This document shows, in pieces, positions 31,401 to 38,867 of a DNA stretch of 52,482 bases (positions are counted from its first letter, which is position 1; every line of letters begins with the position of its first letter). Origin of the DNA: a virus (lineage: Duplodnaviria > Caudoviricetes); IMG/VR virus record IMGVR_UViG_3300039159_000058, positions 1-52,482 of that record; one strand, written 5' to 3'. Position numbers and translations under genes: made by a program. Below the pieces are notes generated by a model. It worked only from the letters and a program-made list of their open reading frames with translations, did no database searches and was not told where the DNA came from.

Positions 31401-32504
31401 GTTCTTGCGGGGGACTCTCACGTTAAGGCTGTTAATTACGCAGGAAACATTATTTACGATACACACGGAGACTACTCCGGGGCTAACGCTCCACGTCTTA
31501 TGCGCTCACAAGTAGGTCGAGTGCTTACACAGTTCCGTAAATTTCAGCTTATTCAAATTGGATTACTCGCTAAGCTTGGGCGTGAGTCGTTTCTAGACGG
31601 CTCACTTGACGCGGATGAGAAGTTAATTGCCCGTAAAGCGCTTGGGTATACCTTGTCTACTGCGTTCGCCATGGGCGGGCTATATGCGCTTCCTGGGGTT
31701 ACTGCTGCGATGTGGATACTAGGTAAAGTGTTTGGGAGCGCCGATGAGCCTCAGGACCCAGAAGCCCAAGAAGCACGGTTACGTAAAAAGATAGGAAACC
31801 CTGGCGTAGCTGATATTTTATTGCGCGGGGCTTCACGCTCAGTTCTTGGGATGCAAGACGGGCAAGCCTTAGGACTGGCTGATTGGAGCGGCATGTTAAG
31901 TCTCTTGCCGTACACCAAAATAGAAACCGCAGATCGTTCGACGTACCAGAACATATTGACTGGTCTGTCAGGCGCGGCCATAGGTGGTACGGGGCTAAAA
32001 ATGTTTGAGTCTATGGGTAAATTTGCTGAGGGCGATATTGCGGGTGGACTCGCTAAAGCTCTCCCCTCAGGTGTGGCCAATATAGTTAAAGCTATGCAAC
32101 TTGCAGAAAAAGGTGTCACACGTACTTCTGGGACTCAAATACTTAGCCCTGATGACATTTCTGGGTTCACAGTTTTCTTAGCCGGTTTGGGGGTTAAGAC
32201 GGGCGAGGTAGTGGACAAAGAGTTTACAAACCGTGTGGTTAACACCTACGAAGCGTTCTACAAAAATGAGTCGCAAATGATCACTAAAGATTACTCCGAA
32301 GCTTGGGAGAAAGGTGACTCAAAAGCTATGCAAGAAGCTCGAGAGCGTTGGAGCGAACTTAATGACTCCAGAAAAAATAATGGGTTCACACCACAGCCGT
32401 TTTCAACACTTATTAAATCGCCACTAGGTAAGCGTAAATTTGAAAACAAACTTAAAGGTCAGTTGTCAAACACGGGTAATCTTTTAACAGGAAAAGGGGA
32501 GTAA
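25407..32504 (+). CDS. Giant internal virion (polyvalent) protein with metallopeptidase-like motif and PLxRFG domain
   Basis: 2365 aa; Gly/Ala-rich N-terminus, FMHEVGGHIGL...ENELVA, YAPLRRFG. Confidence 0.85.
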   Translation: MSSLANLRESYPEQTKDLTDSDIVFGSAKMFGVSPKEVATSLGLDPNDRTWGEAIVDTGVRALNAVVGSAGAIASAFDPKGSEDIKTLQGYGEEAMSLKSRIASDEFNTALSTSNLGTQAKGVWEYIKQDPVGTAAEAIGNFVIPGAAIKGVKALSMGAKLSTKAAGNVALGAGAVVGGVMSGGDAAGDAYERVFKATNDADKANSAARSAQVIPTFVGAGASLIGLEKYLAKGVGRAKIIGTGLKEGVSELVDEGTSKLEANRAVAPYVAGTDIMAGVFGSGLYGMAQGGVVGSTGAVVNNISVARDERNNGITVVGYVDKADKAAAQAINGTSNTDTGQTGGQYTPPTLEQQADAIEVKRLEAKQLAAQEQQKANAQQAPVVAAQQQQAAQAQSVQTAQQLFDQFGMKPVLNDVDGQPTGKFVVGEKMFFTENDAVNFAKGLVDAGKDLNPYQQSMVGVLFGGDTLAAKAGDTAKGMVSRAVKFMSDNQLSSAKTMEEAVTRIDQIIENTAPNTDLSSSKPNVDARRLLSLDKLRTSITGEASVRLSEIAEQQRLVVENEVKAKEDAKQAAQAAKDKKAADAAAKKAGKGAAKTSTDVKSQTNTASATNTTSATDAASASSPVTNVSVGQYLAEQANNGGVSPTTGDSNGQQQQQSATGVGTVPVQSGANQDSTNTDGDVRPTSNEPIGAGSVGLGPNGQQNDSRGTNGDEQRTVQPANTNERSTTGQNIAQEVISPNSPNLTGQGDVVGSRTESNTTSNVPTDTGGKSSVSPEVGSSNTGVVEGKRPRGRAPRGPNVSTVASDVTAATENDGRRKGRQETPAERAAIDGAVAQSRELNGALERVFNKVFVTFGGNSGIKNASKKVDFFAQFYLNPDALADTSLPQIAIDMDVPLGTIKSWSAELAQDPVTGRSVFDAKYESRLREAYAAVAKDLNLTIEEMTAVVQANDSVAKMTNELSEAFEAQQLLDEVTGSESGAFAREAVQELTDKSSTKESQEAFAYDALKATNENNDTGLTLSDSPSDTSVSEQFNTGEGISNNYIKLFEGLENAKKKGDATQIEAAQKKLDDFMAKVPKLTKDSIKFRKVGDQTNTKEESDGASEATGKTTVSEQIKAKVKQKNNDAKSGTKALPNGVIKTSKEQYTDLVKDIAQAPAFDALSNKQQSLVTDLAQRGKLNLAAINRIVGEDSVQLSIAPKAKETYIANDLRAQVVAYIGVDNKDKLVVLQSAKDIPARIVKREPKVLTAGGFVFEKRAYLIADNIAQGRGIATFMHEVGGHIGLQQMLGDEFHNLVDEIYEWNKSDANSLEAKLAQAAIRRVAATDVSGLKYENELVAYFIEEAVLAGVKPTHTGKVERVLKKVINAFKKALSVLGMNPQFLTAKDVVNLAYGAAQMELSNKLESTKDSDKEVQLSEKDNLTPAQESRIDRNMERVPGKVRDVFSAYSKAIARQSNKLRFTGQLIEQAAKRIPAAKRYLDLTREQIAIRAKALYDVEKISNKFDALPKPEQRAVNRLLKESTRTGKWAFVPSWVRGDDGKPSIKANESLKEQFDLLSAPAQQTVRDVFANGYVSMDKMRDGATQMINSMYAENIETARRANDTETVADLQKEMRTQLADFNRLFTERGRKPYAPLRRFGNHVVVMRSKEMLDALNTVETAQDKSTPEDVVKEAKKFIRDNEGNAEHYQLHFRESGIAAQSLARSLKDIAGSTVQTFTRDQAAKELYTSADIHGLMYRLRKKSADVVEGSTDPKTGRELGNLLTELHLTLLSEQNARHAEHRRVEGGVEGAEDNMMRAFHSHGMSTASVIAGMHKSKDIVNALEQFEKAANDRTNPNRAQDTALYNEVAARYAVGLDTNDSVITDTVLKYNSAMMLLLKPTYYLQNLMQPWSMTLPVLAGRFGLRAAKALGAAQTEISAVMSGERLTLDTIEKLPHDVRGAVKDLLDSGRLSISLDQDMGNRLRGANAGDKVITKLQGIVERVEGFNRVSTAIAAYRMAVLAGDSHVKAVNYAGNIIYDTHGDYSGANAPRLMRSQVGRVLTQFRKFQLIQIGLLAKLGRESFLDGSLDADEKLIARKALGYTLSTAFAMGGLYALPGVTAAMWILGKVFGSADEPQDPEAQEARLRKKIGNPGVADILLRGASRSVLGMQDGQALGLADWSGMLSLLPYTKIETADRSTYQNILTGLSGAAIGGTGLKMFESMGKFAEGDIAGGLAKALPSGVANIVKAMQLAEKGVTRTSGTQILSPDDISGFTVFLAGLGVKTGEVVDKEFTNRVVNTYEAFYKNESQMITKDYSEAWEKGDSKAMQEARERWSELNDSRKNNGFTPQPFSTLIKSPLGKRKFENKLKGQLSNTGNLLTGKGE
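27216..27269 (+). repeat. 18-bp coding tandem repeat x3 (TNTASA/TNTTSA/TDAASA)
   Basis: ACAAACACAGCAAGTGCA, ACAAACACAACAAGTGCA, ACAGACGCGGCAAGTGCA. Confidence 0.85.
27358..27615 (+). CDS. Candidate overprinted gene 1 nested in +1 frame of the giant protein
   Basis: GGAG at 27348-27351, ATG 6 nt later; 85 aa. Confidence 0.5.
   Translation: MDSNNSKVLPGWEQFQSKAEQIKTAQTQMGMYDLRAMNPSGQEVSDLDRMASKMTPEEQTEMNNEPYNPPIPMSAVLLGKTLRRK
27658..27897 (+). CDS. Candidate overprinted gene 2 nested in +1 frame of the giant protein
   Basis: AAGGAG at 27646-27651, TTG 6 nt later; 79 aa amphipathic helical. Confidence 0.5.
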   Translation: MAQEPKATPQVTSLRTPEERALFRQKLAAQILELWKEKDPEGVRRVDRTYRLSQAMLPLLLKMTEEEKAAKKLPPNELP

Positions 32505-32506
32505 AA

Positions 32507-32764
32507 ATGGGGAGTAAAAAAGGGGTATCGTTGGCAGTTGGTAGGGGTGAAAAGTTACCTACCAAAGAGGGGGCTGGGCTTACGGAAAAAGGGCGTCAAA
32601 AGTACAACGCAAAAACGGGGTCAAATCTTAAAGCTCCGCAGCCTGAAGGGGGTCCACGAAAGAAATCGTTTTGCGCTAGAATGTCAAAAGTGCCCGGTCC
32701 AATGGTAGACGATAAAGGACAACCGACACGCAAGGCAGCAAGCTTAAAAAGATGGAAGTGCTAG
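32507..32764 (+). CDS. Small basic conserved phage protein (DUF6321-like)
   Basis: GLTEKGR..YN..TGSNLKAP, RKKSFCARM, LKRWKC. Confidence 0.75.
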   Translation: MGSKKGVSLAVGRGEKLPTKEGAGLTEKGRQKYNAKTGSNLKAPQPEGGPRKKSFCARMSKVPGPMVDDKGQPTRKAASLKRWKC

Positions 32765-32796
32765 TAGAAATTAGTGGTTAAAAACAACTAAAAACG

Positions 32797-33074
32797 CGGG
32801 GAACAAAACGGGGAGTTTAGGTAAAAAAGGGCTTTATTCCCCTTTTATCGGGGAGTTGGTTAGTAAGTATATACGCGTATTTTCCCTGTTTTTACGCTGT
32901 TAAACCATTGATTTTATTAGAACGGTACTTTTATACTAGCTAACATATTTAAAAAATTGGTGCCCAGAAGAGGTAGTTGATTTCAATTTAATTCCTTTAT
33001 AATCAAGATGTTACGTTTTTTCTCGGGGAGCAATTTTTCGGGGAGTTAGATTCCGAGGGGAGAACACACGGGGA
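32797..33074. mobile_element. attP: attP: tRNA 3'-end core with IHF and arm-type sites
   Basis: Core TGGTGCCCAGAAGAGG 32958-32973 (reverse complement CCTCTTCTGGGCACCA, tRNA-Leu-like 3' end); IHF consensus at 32901-32913 (-) and 33001-33013 (+); six CGGGGA repeats. Confidence 0.8.
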
Positions 33075-33166
33075 ATTATAGTCAGTAAAAAATAATTTTT
33101 ACGTTTTAAGCATCATCTAAATTTATTGCCTAAACTAACTCCATATACACACCTTTGGGGTTTTAG

Positions 33167-34183
33167 ATGGCGTACTTAGAGAAATTAAAAAACGGTAGAA
33201 TCCGGGTGCAAATACGTGGCGCCGGGAAGCCCCAAATTAGCAAAACTTTTACCTCAAAAAATGAAGCTGACGCGTGGGTAAAATACATCGAAATAGAGGG
33301 CGGAGATTCTCTACTTTATAACCACAAAAAAAATACCGTAGGGGATTTATTTACCCGGTATATGTTTAAGGTTAGTGTTAACAAAAAGAGTGGTCGTTCT
33401 GAGATTATTCGGATCATGAAAATGATCCGTGAAGTGGACTTTATGCGGCTTCCATTGACCAAATTAAGTCACATACATTTACGGGAATGGCGCGATCAGC
33501 GAGTCACTGAAGTAAGCGATTCGTCCACCCGACGAGAGTTCAATACTATCAGTGCAGTTATCAATCACTCGATAAAAGAATGGGACGTTCCGCTCTCCCT
33601 GGATATGACAAAAAAGGTCAGAAGGCCCATCGAACACAAACCCAGAAGTCGGAATGTGTCACAAAAAGAAATTGCATTGCTGTGGGAAAATACCCCGGAA
33701 ATTGGCCGAGGTGTAGCAGGTTACGTTGCCGCGATATTTGAGTTTTGTTGCGAAACGGCCATGCGAAAAGGTGAGGCTTTGGCGCTCACTTGGGATGATA
33801 TTAAGACTGGAGACAACGGCACAACGTGGGCAATTATTCGTGAATCCAAAAACGGAACCAGTAGATTTGTCCCTTTTACGAGCCGTGCTAAGGAAATAAT
33901 TGCTAAGATTCCCTTAAAAGAACCAAGGGTTTTCCCTATTACTTCGGGAGCCCTTGATCCTGTGTTTAGAGAGTTAGCTAGGAAGCTTGGAATAGAAAAT
34001 TTACACTTCCACGATAGTCGGCATCAAGCGACCCTTATGCTTTCGAAGAAGTTTTCTCCGCTTGAGCTTGCAAAAGTGACCGGGCATAAGTCCCTGGATG
34101 TTTTATTGAACGTATACTATCAGCCGACTGGTGACGATTTAGCTCAAACACTTGCGTCTTCTGTCCTTGAGCCAACACCTTAG
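33167..34183 (+). CDS. int: Tyrosine recombinase (phage integrase)
   Basis: TAMRKGE, SKNG, FHDSRH, TGH, VYY catalytic residues. Confidence 0.95.
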   Translation: MAYLEKLKNGRIRVQIRGAGKPQISKTFTSKNEADAWVKYIEIEGGDSLLYNHKKNTVGDLFTRYMFKVSVNKKSGRSEIIRIMKMIREVDFMRLPLTKLSHIHLREWRDQRVTEVSDSSTRREFNTISAVINHSIKEWDVPLSLDMTKKVRRPIEHKPRSRNVSQKEIALLWENTPEIGRGVAGYVAAIFEFCCETAMRKGEALALTWDDIKTGDNGTTWAIIRESKNGTSRFVPFTSRAKEIIAKIPLKEPRVFPITSGALDPVFRELARKLGIENLHFHDSRHQATLMLSKKFSPLELAKVTGHKSLDVLLNVYYQPTGDDLAQTLASSVLEPTP

Positions 34184-34367
34184 ATAACTTTCTACGGTTT
34201 TCAATCCACGTTTTAACGTCCTCCAAGTGCCAAATAATTCTCCTCCCCGGGTACGCAAACCTAGGGGGTAGTGACTCGGGTTTGCTGCTTGCGTACTTCC
34301 TGACGCTACTCGCAGGTAGTTTAAGAATTAAAGCTAGGTCTTGCACGGTTAAAAAAGGTGACTCCAT
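34035..34367 (-). CDS. Excisionase/AlpA-like winged-HTH protein
   Basis: FLTVQDLA.IL....SSVR...LPP....GRRIIW..EDVKTWI; adjacent to int. Confidence 0.75.
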   Translation of the reverse strand: MESPFLTVQDLALILKLPASSVRKYASSKPESLPPRFAYPGRRIIWHLEDVKTWIENRRKLSKVLAQGQKTQVFELNRHQSADSIRSIKHPGTYARSLLQAQAEKTSSKA

Positions 34368-34368
34368 G

Positions 34369-37332
34369 TCAAGCTCCTGCTTGCTTTAGTTGAGGTTCGG
34401 CGATTGCTATAGGGGGAAGAATCATAACTGGCAGACCATTTCCGTACATGCGTTCTAGAGCACTTACGTTAAGAGCAATACACGGCTCTTGCCCAGTTGG
34501 TCTGTTAGTTCCACGGCCCAACATAAAGCGCTCATTAGCCAAGTACACCTTAATGCCTAAGCGATCTAACTCTTCCTCTAGTTTCATATAGCTCACACGG
34601 TTTTGCGCGCACCACATCCTTACGGCTCGTTTAGACATGTATAACGTGCCCGCTAGTGCTTCGGAGTTATTTTTAGTGCCCAACACTAAGCGACCTGCTA
34701 ATTCCCCACGAACATATACTATTTCGGGTTGGTAGCCGTCCCTGGTTGCGTGGTAGTACTGCGTCACCGCTATGCTGTCAGATAGCGCGGTTATCATTTT
34801 CGATATGGCATCTTCCGGCGTCTCTGTGTTGCTCTCCATAACGTCTTTGGCTAGGCGCTGAAATAGCTTGATGATGTACGCGTAGACCGCCTCAGCGTCA
34901 AAGGCTAGTATGCCTAGCTTGTTACATATCTCAAGGGCAGCCATACTGCACTCGGCATGCCCACGGTAGAAACGAAACTTAACACTGGGCACATCTTTCA
35001 TCAGGCGCATCATCCACTTATACATAATCTCGCGCACCTCGGTTTGATTAGCCACGACGTACTGCATAAACTTATCCCCCGCAGTGCCTTGGTGCTTACG
35101 GACTTCTACCATGTACGCTTGCCAATCAACAGAGCCCCCGGCTATGGCTTTTTCCTCATCCATGTGTATCTGTATCATACGAACTGCCTCGGCTTCGGTG
35201 CTACTCCCACGTGTAGACAAGTGAACGTGCAAGTCTCTATTAGCCGTAATGTACGGAGATGATTTCCACCGCGCAATATGAGCAAATGACACACCTGACT
35301 TACCCCCGACCATACGGTGCTTCTCGGCTCCTGAGGACACCGTGTAACACAGAGCACTAAGCGCTGCGTTGTCCATATTAGTAGCTTCGTCAATCAGTAC
35401 GGGTATGTTTTTATATACGCCAAATGATGCGTACATCGCGTTAGTTGTGGAGCCTTCTGGGCCTGACATTAAGTTATCCGGATCACCCCAAACGGTAAGT
35501 GCGGTTCGAACTACGGTGGTTTTACCTTGCGCTGTGGCAACACCTGTAATTGCAAACAACAGGCCGTTGTAGTTTTCTTCTGAGGACAGCGGGGTAAGCG
35601 CGGAGCCAAACGACGCAATGATGGGGTATTGCCTGTATTCGTTTCCTAAGCCACCGTACATATCATCTATAACCGTAGACCACTTTTCAACGCTACCGCG
35701 CATTTTAGGAAACGCAATCAGCTTACCTTTTGGTTTATCAGCCAACATCGCTGTGTCTACGCGACCATCAGGACAGTACAAACGATTGCCGATAATAAAC
35801 GTATCGAGCGTATCGTCCCACCCAAAGCTTTGAGCTAATTGCTTTTCATCGGTGGTGTGTTTTAACTTGTCGAGCCAATCTTTTAAGTATGCGGACATAG
35901 CTTCTCCAGCCTTTTTGTGGTGTGTCGTGACGATCTGGTTAGCACCTAGTGCCTTTTGCAGGTCCGATGGTGAGATCGAGGCTATTGGAACTTTGAATTC
36001 TTTAATACCTTCCCGGGGGAAGTGGGCGCAAATTAACAGCCCCCAAGCTAAGTCGTCTAGTTGGACACGCATCTTTGGGTAAAACAGTGTGTTGCAAAAA
36101 GGTACGACCTCGATCCGATCTTCTATCTCGGTGCTTCTGCAAAGCAAGTTGTTAATGTAGCTATACCCTCTAGGTAACTCAGGCACGGTGAGGACTATTT
36201 CCTCGCCATCTTTAGTCGTTGTTTGCTCAACGTCTTTAGACTCGAGTTCTCGGTAGCCTAAAACGATTGGGGACTTAATCTCACCCTTAAACGGACAGTT
36301 GTTACAGCCATCTGCGTTGTGTGTCTCAAAGGTTGAGCACCTAGGAGGTCCTGCGTTCCACGAGTTCATCTCGTGGTCTATATCCGTCTTGGTATGATTT
36401 TTGTATCGATTCAATGTCCACTGAGGGGCTAACTCTGTACCATCCTCGCAGTGCTTAAGCAGACCTCCTACGGCTCGCCAATGCTCGTAACTCACGTCTC
36501 CTTGTGTGGCCCGCATCACGTCAACTTGGCTACACTTATTAGCGATGGTCTCAGCCCACGATGGAATCTTTACTCCGCCACTGCTCAAGTCGTCGTTAAT
36601 AGGGGGTTTGTAGATTTCCTTTTTAATTACGGTTACTTCGTTATCGGCGACGTACGTCTCGATTGTTTCTCGAAACACTTCCACAGACATAGGAGCCGCG
36701 TCTTTGACTAATCTCACAGTCATGTCCGGCTTACCCGGCTTACTGTTTACAGTGCCCACAGGGCGCAACACCCTAACGGAATCAATCGTGCAACTTGTGT
36801 CAACGTATGTCGATGTATGTCTGAGCACTGCGGCTAACTGGGAGGAAATCTCTAGCCACTCTGAGGGCAGCATATCCCGATCCATAACCCAGTAACAATG
36901 TAATCCGTGGCCTGAGTCAACAAGCATCGGTAGAGGTAATCCGATTTCTCTACAAAAACTAACTAGCGCGTTCTTAGCTTCGTTCTTTGTTTCGTAACCG
37001 CAGCGAACACCTTGTGAGTTATGAGTGCGCCCAATGCCCGTATCGATGTCTAACCAAAAAGAACGAATCATTGATAAGTTCGCGGGTATACGGTAGTACT
37101 TTGTTTTACGATCTGTTAAGCCACCTGCTATGAATTCTTGCTTAAAAGAAGAGTTTGCGTGGTAAATGACACGGTCGCTATGATTAACTTTTGCGAACTC
37201 GATGGCGTTAACAAGTTCTTGAGCCGAATGACACGGTATGTGTGTCCCGCTTCTGCTGTTCTTGCGGAGTAAAAATATGTAATACAGCCCTTGCTCGGGC
37301 AGTATTTTTTGTAAAAAGTCTACTGTATTCAT
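34369..37332 (-). CDS. Primase-helicase (AEP/RepB-like primase plus DUF927-type ATPase)
   Basis: WLDID, DSGHGLHCYW, RVLRP; Cys cluster; Walker A AQGKTT and Walker B LIDE. Confidence 0.85.
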   Translation of the reverse strand: MNTVDFLQKILPEQGLYYIFLLRKNSRSGTHIPCHSAQELVNAIEFAKVNHSDRVIYHANSSFKQEFIAGGLTDRKTKYYRIPANLSMIRSFWLDIDTGIGRTHNSQGVRCGYETKNEAKNALVSFCREIGLPLPMLVDSGHGLHCYWVMDRDMLPSEWLEISSQLAAVLRHTSTYVDTSCTIDSVRVLRPVGTVNSKPGKPDMTVRLVKDAAPMSVEVFRETIETYVADNEVTVIKKEIYKPPINDDLSSGGVKIPSWAETIANKCSQVDVMRATQGDVSYEHWRAVGGLLKHCEDGTELAPQWTLNRYKNHTKTDIDHEMNSWNAGPPRCSTFETHNADGCNNCPFKGEIKSPIVLGYRELESKDVEQTTTKDGEEIVLTVPELPRGYSYINNLLCRSTEIEDRIEVVPFCNTLFYPKMRVQLDDLAWGLLICAHFPREGIKEFKVPIASISPSDLQKALGANQIVTTHHKKAGEAMSAYLKDWLDKLKHTTDEKQLAQSFGWDDTLDTFIIGNRLYCPDGRVDTAMLADKPKGKLIAFPKMRGSVEKWSTVIDDMYGGLGNEYRQYPIIASFGSALTPLSSEENYNGLLFAITGVATAQGKTTVVRTALTVWGDPDNLMSGPEGSTTNAMYASFGVYKNIPVLIDEATNMDNAALSALCYTVSSGAEKHRMVGGKSGVSFAHIARWKSSPYITANRDLHVHLSTRGSSTEAEAVRMIQIHMDEEKAIAGGSVDWQAYMVEVRKHQGTAGDKFMQYVVANQTEVREIMYKWMMRLMKDVPSVKFRFYRGHAECSMAALEICNKLGILAFDAEAVYAYIIKLFQRLAKDVMESNTETPEDAISKMITALSDSIAVTQYYHATRDGYQPEIVYVRGELAGRLVLGTKNNSEALAGTLYMSKRAVRMWCAQNRVSYMKLEEELDRLGIKVYLANERFMLGRGTNRPTGQEPCIALNVSALERMYGNGLPVMILPPIAIAEPQLKQAGA

Positions 37333-37352
37333 GACTGCTCCGACTTCTAACC

Positions 37353-37381
37353 AAAAAGGGGAGGGCTAAATGCCACTCCCC
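37353..37381 (-). terminator. Intrinsic terminator after SSB gene
   Basis: Minus strand GGGGAGTGGC-ATTTA-GCCCTCCCC followed by TTTTT. Confidence 0.7.
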
Positions 37382-37402
37382 TGACTTTTTTGCTGTTACT
37401 AC

Positions 37403-38386
37403 TTAGTCGTCAAAATCAATGTCATCAAAGTTAATTTCTTCCATTGAGGGGATCTCTTTTGCTTTTGGTTTAGCTTTGGGCTTCTCGGCTACTGGGGCTG
37501 CGGGAGCTGCTGAGACTGCATCTCCTAGTACATCTTGCGCATCGCTCATGGCTTTTGTGACAGCGTTATCAATGTCGTCGTTATTAACTAACACGGGTTC
37601 CTCGCGTTTACTGACTTTACGAATAACCTTATCTGCTTGTGTGCGAGACTCTGACTCATCGTCGTGAGATGTGGAGGTACCACCGTGAACGATACTGTCA
37701 ACGATTTCTGACTCTGCCATCGCAACGGATTGCTCGGCCAACTCTTCAGACAAGCCACCTATTGCAGTGAAAGTCAACTTAGGTGTAGCTGAGGACACGT
37801 CAAACGCGATGCGGGTAGCGATCTTGTTGTAATCGACTCCCATTTGGGTGAGCTTGGCGCCGTACTCTTTAAGTGCTTTAAGGGATGCTGCGGGGACACG
37901 CAACAACATTGGATCGTCTAACTCGTTAATCGCGGCCACTGCGATGCGCCGTGAATCGCCACAACTCTTTAACTTGTTGCCACTGTCACTGATCTTTGAG
38001 CCCCACTGGTTGTGCTTGCATGTCACACAACTAGTTGATTGCGGTGCCTCGATAGAGCGGTCAGGAGTCTTGTTGTCATCAGAGAAACACGTTGGCTTAG
38101 AGTCATCACCTTCTTTCCAACCCACTGCGTAGTAGACTTTACTGTAGTCCTTGTTAGCCTTAATGATTACGGCTTCGATAGAGGTTGCTGCTGAATCGGG
38201 ATCTTTAGGGTTTGGTAATACTGTGCGAGTGCCTTCACGGCGTACGGAGAAAACTTTACCTTTCAAAGAAATGCTAGGAAAACCTAGAGAAACGCCACCA
38301 CCATCGGTGAGATCTGAGTTAGCGCTTGCTGAGCTTCTGAGGTGAGCCGGGATGTTAGACGAGCTAAAGGGGATGATGTTAGACAT
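37403..38386 (-). CDS. Single-stranded DNA-binding/annealing protein
   Basis: OB-like body with Cys cluster and acidic aromatic C-terminal tail (FDDIDFDD); replication module. Confidence 0.65.
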   Translation of the reverse strand: MSNIIPFSSSNIPAHLRSSASANSDLTDGGGVSLGFPSISLKGKVFSVRREGTRTVLPNPKDPDSAATSIEAVIIKANKDYSKVYYAVGWKEGDDSKPTCFSDDNKTPDRSIEAPQSTSCVTCKHNQWGSKISDSGNKLKSCGDSRRIAVAAINELDDPMLLRVPAASLKALKEYGAKLTQMGVDYNKIATRIAFDVSSATPKLTFTAIGGLSEELAEQSVAMAESEIVDSIVHGGTSTSHDDESESRTQADKVIRKVSKREEPVLVNNDDIDNAVTKAMSDAQDVLGDAVSAAPAAPVAEKPKAKPKAKEIPSMEEINFDDIDFDD

Positions 38387-38399
38387 GATTTATTTCCTG

Positions 38400-38783
38400 T
38401 TAGTTACTACGGCGGATGTTAACGACAACTTCACTGCGCCAGTTAAGCCCTGGGGGCAGATCGTTGTGTAATGATTTGTACGTCTCTACTGCGGATTTCA
38501 TAGGTCTAATTTCTAACAGACCCCACTCATCTTTGTCTTTCACAAAGTCTAGAAAAGCAGACTTATCTGCTGCGGTGCAATAGTTTCTTTCCACTATGTA
38601 GGCTGTACCCGAATCGGTCTTTACTGATTCGGTGCCTGTTTGTTGGAAACTAGCTAACAATGCACATTCTATCTTATCTAGTACCGCGTCTATCTTAGCT
38701 ATTTTCGCGTCGTACTCGGCTTTAATCTCGGCCTTCTTATCGCGGATCTCTACATACTTACCTATTAATTCGCTTAATTGCAT
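38400..38783 (-). CDS. Conserved replication-region protein (coiled coil plus LPPG motif)
   Basis: 127 aa; SVKTDSGT and LPPGL; precedes SSB. Confidence 0.7.
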   Translation of the reverse strand: MQLSELIGKYVEIRDKKAEIKAEYDAKIAKIDAVLDKIECALLASFQQTGTESVKTDSGTAYIVERNYCTAADKSAFLDFVKDKDEWGLLEIRPMKSAVETYKSLHNDLPPGLNWRSEVVVNIRRSN

Positions 38784-38807
38784 GCTAAATCTCCAGAGGG
38801 AACAGTT

Positions 38808-38864
38808 ATAGTAGCTAACAGATGTGTGTATGTCAAGCTACATTCGGGTAAATACTTACTAACA
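38808..38864 (-). promoter_or_regulatory. Sigma70 promoter TTGACA-17-TACTAT overlapped by operator-like motifs
   Basis: -35 at 38831-38836, -10 at 38808-38813; motifs at 38809-38820 and 38853-38864. Confidence 0.75.
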
Positions 38865-38867
38865 AAT

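Noticed and set aside
388-32119. Numerous minus-strand ORFs in the structural arm (and plus-strand ORFs in the replication arm)
   Set aside because: They are antisense shadows of long genes, with no SD or recognisable motifs
32958-32973. tRNA gene
   Set aside because: Only the last 16 nt match a tRNA; no T-loop, anticodon or D arm follows, so it is treated as the att core
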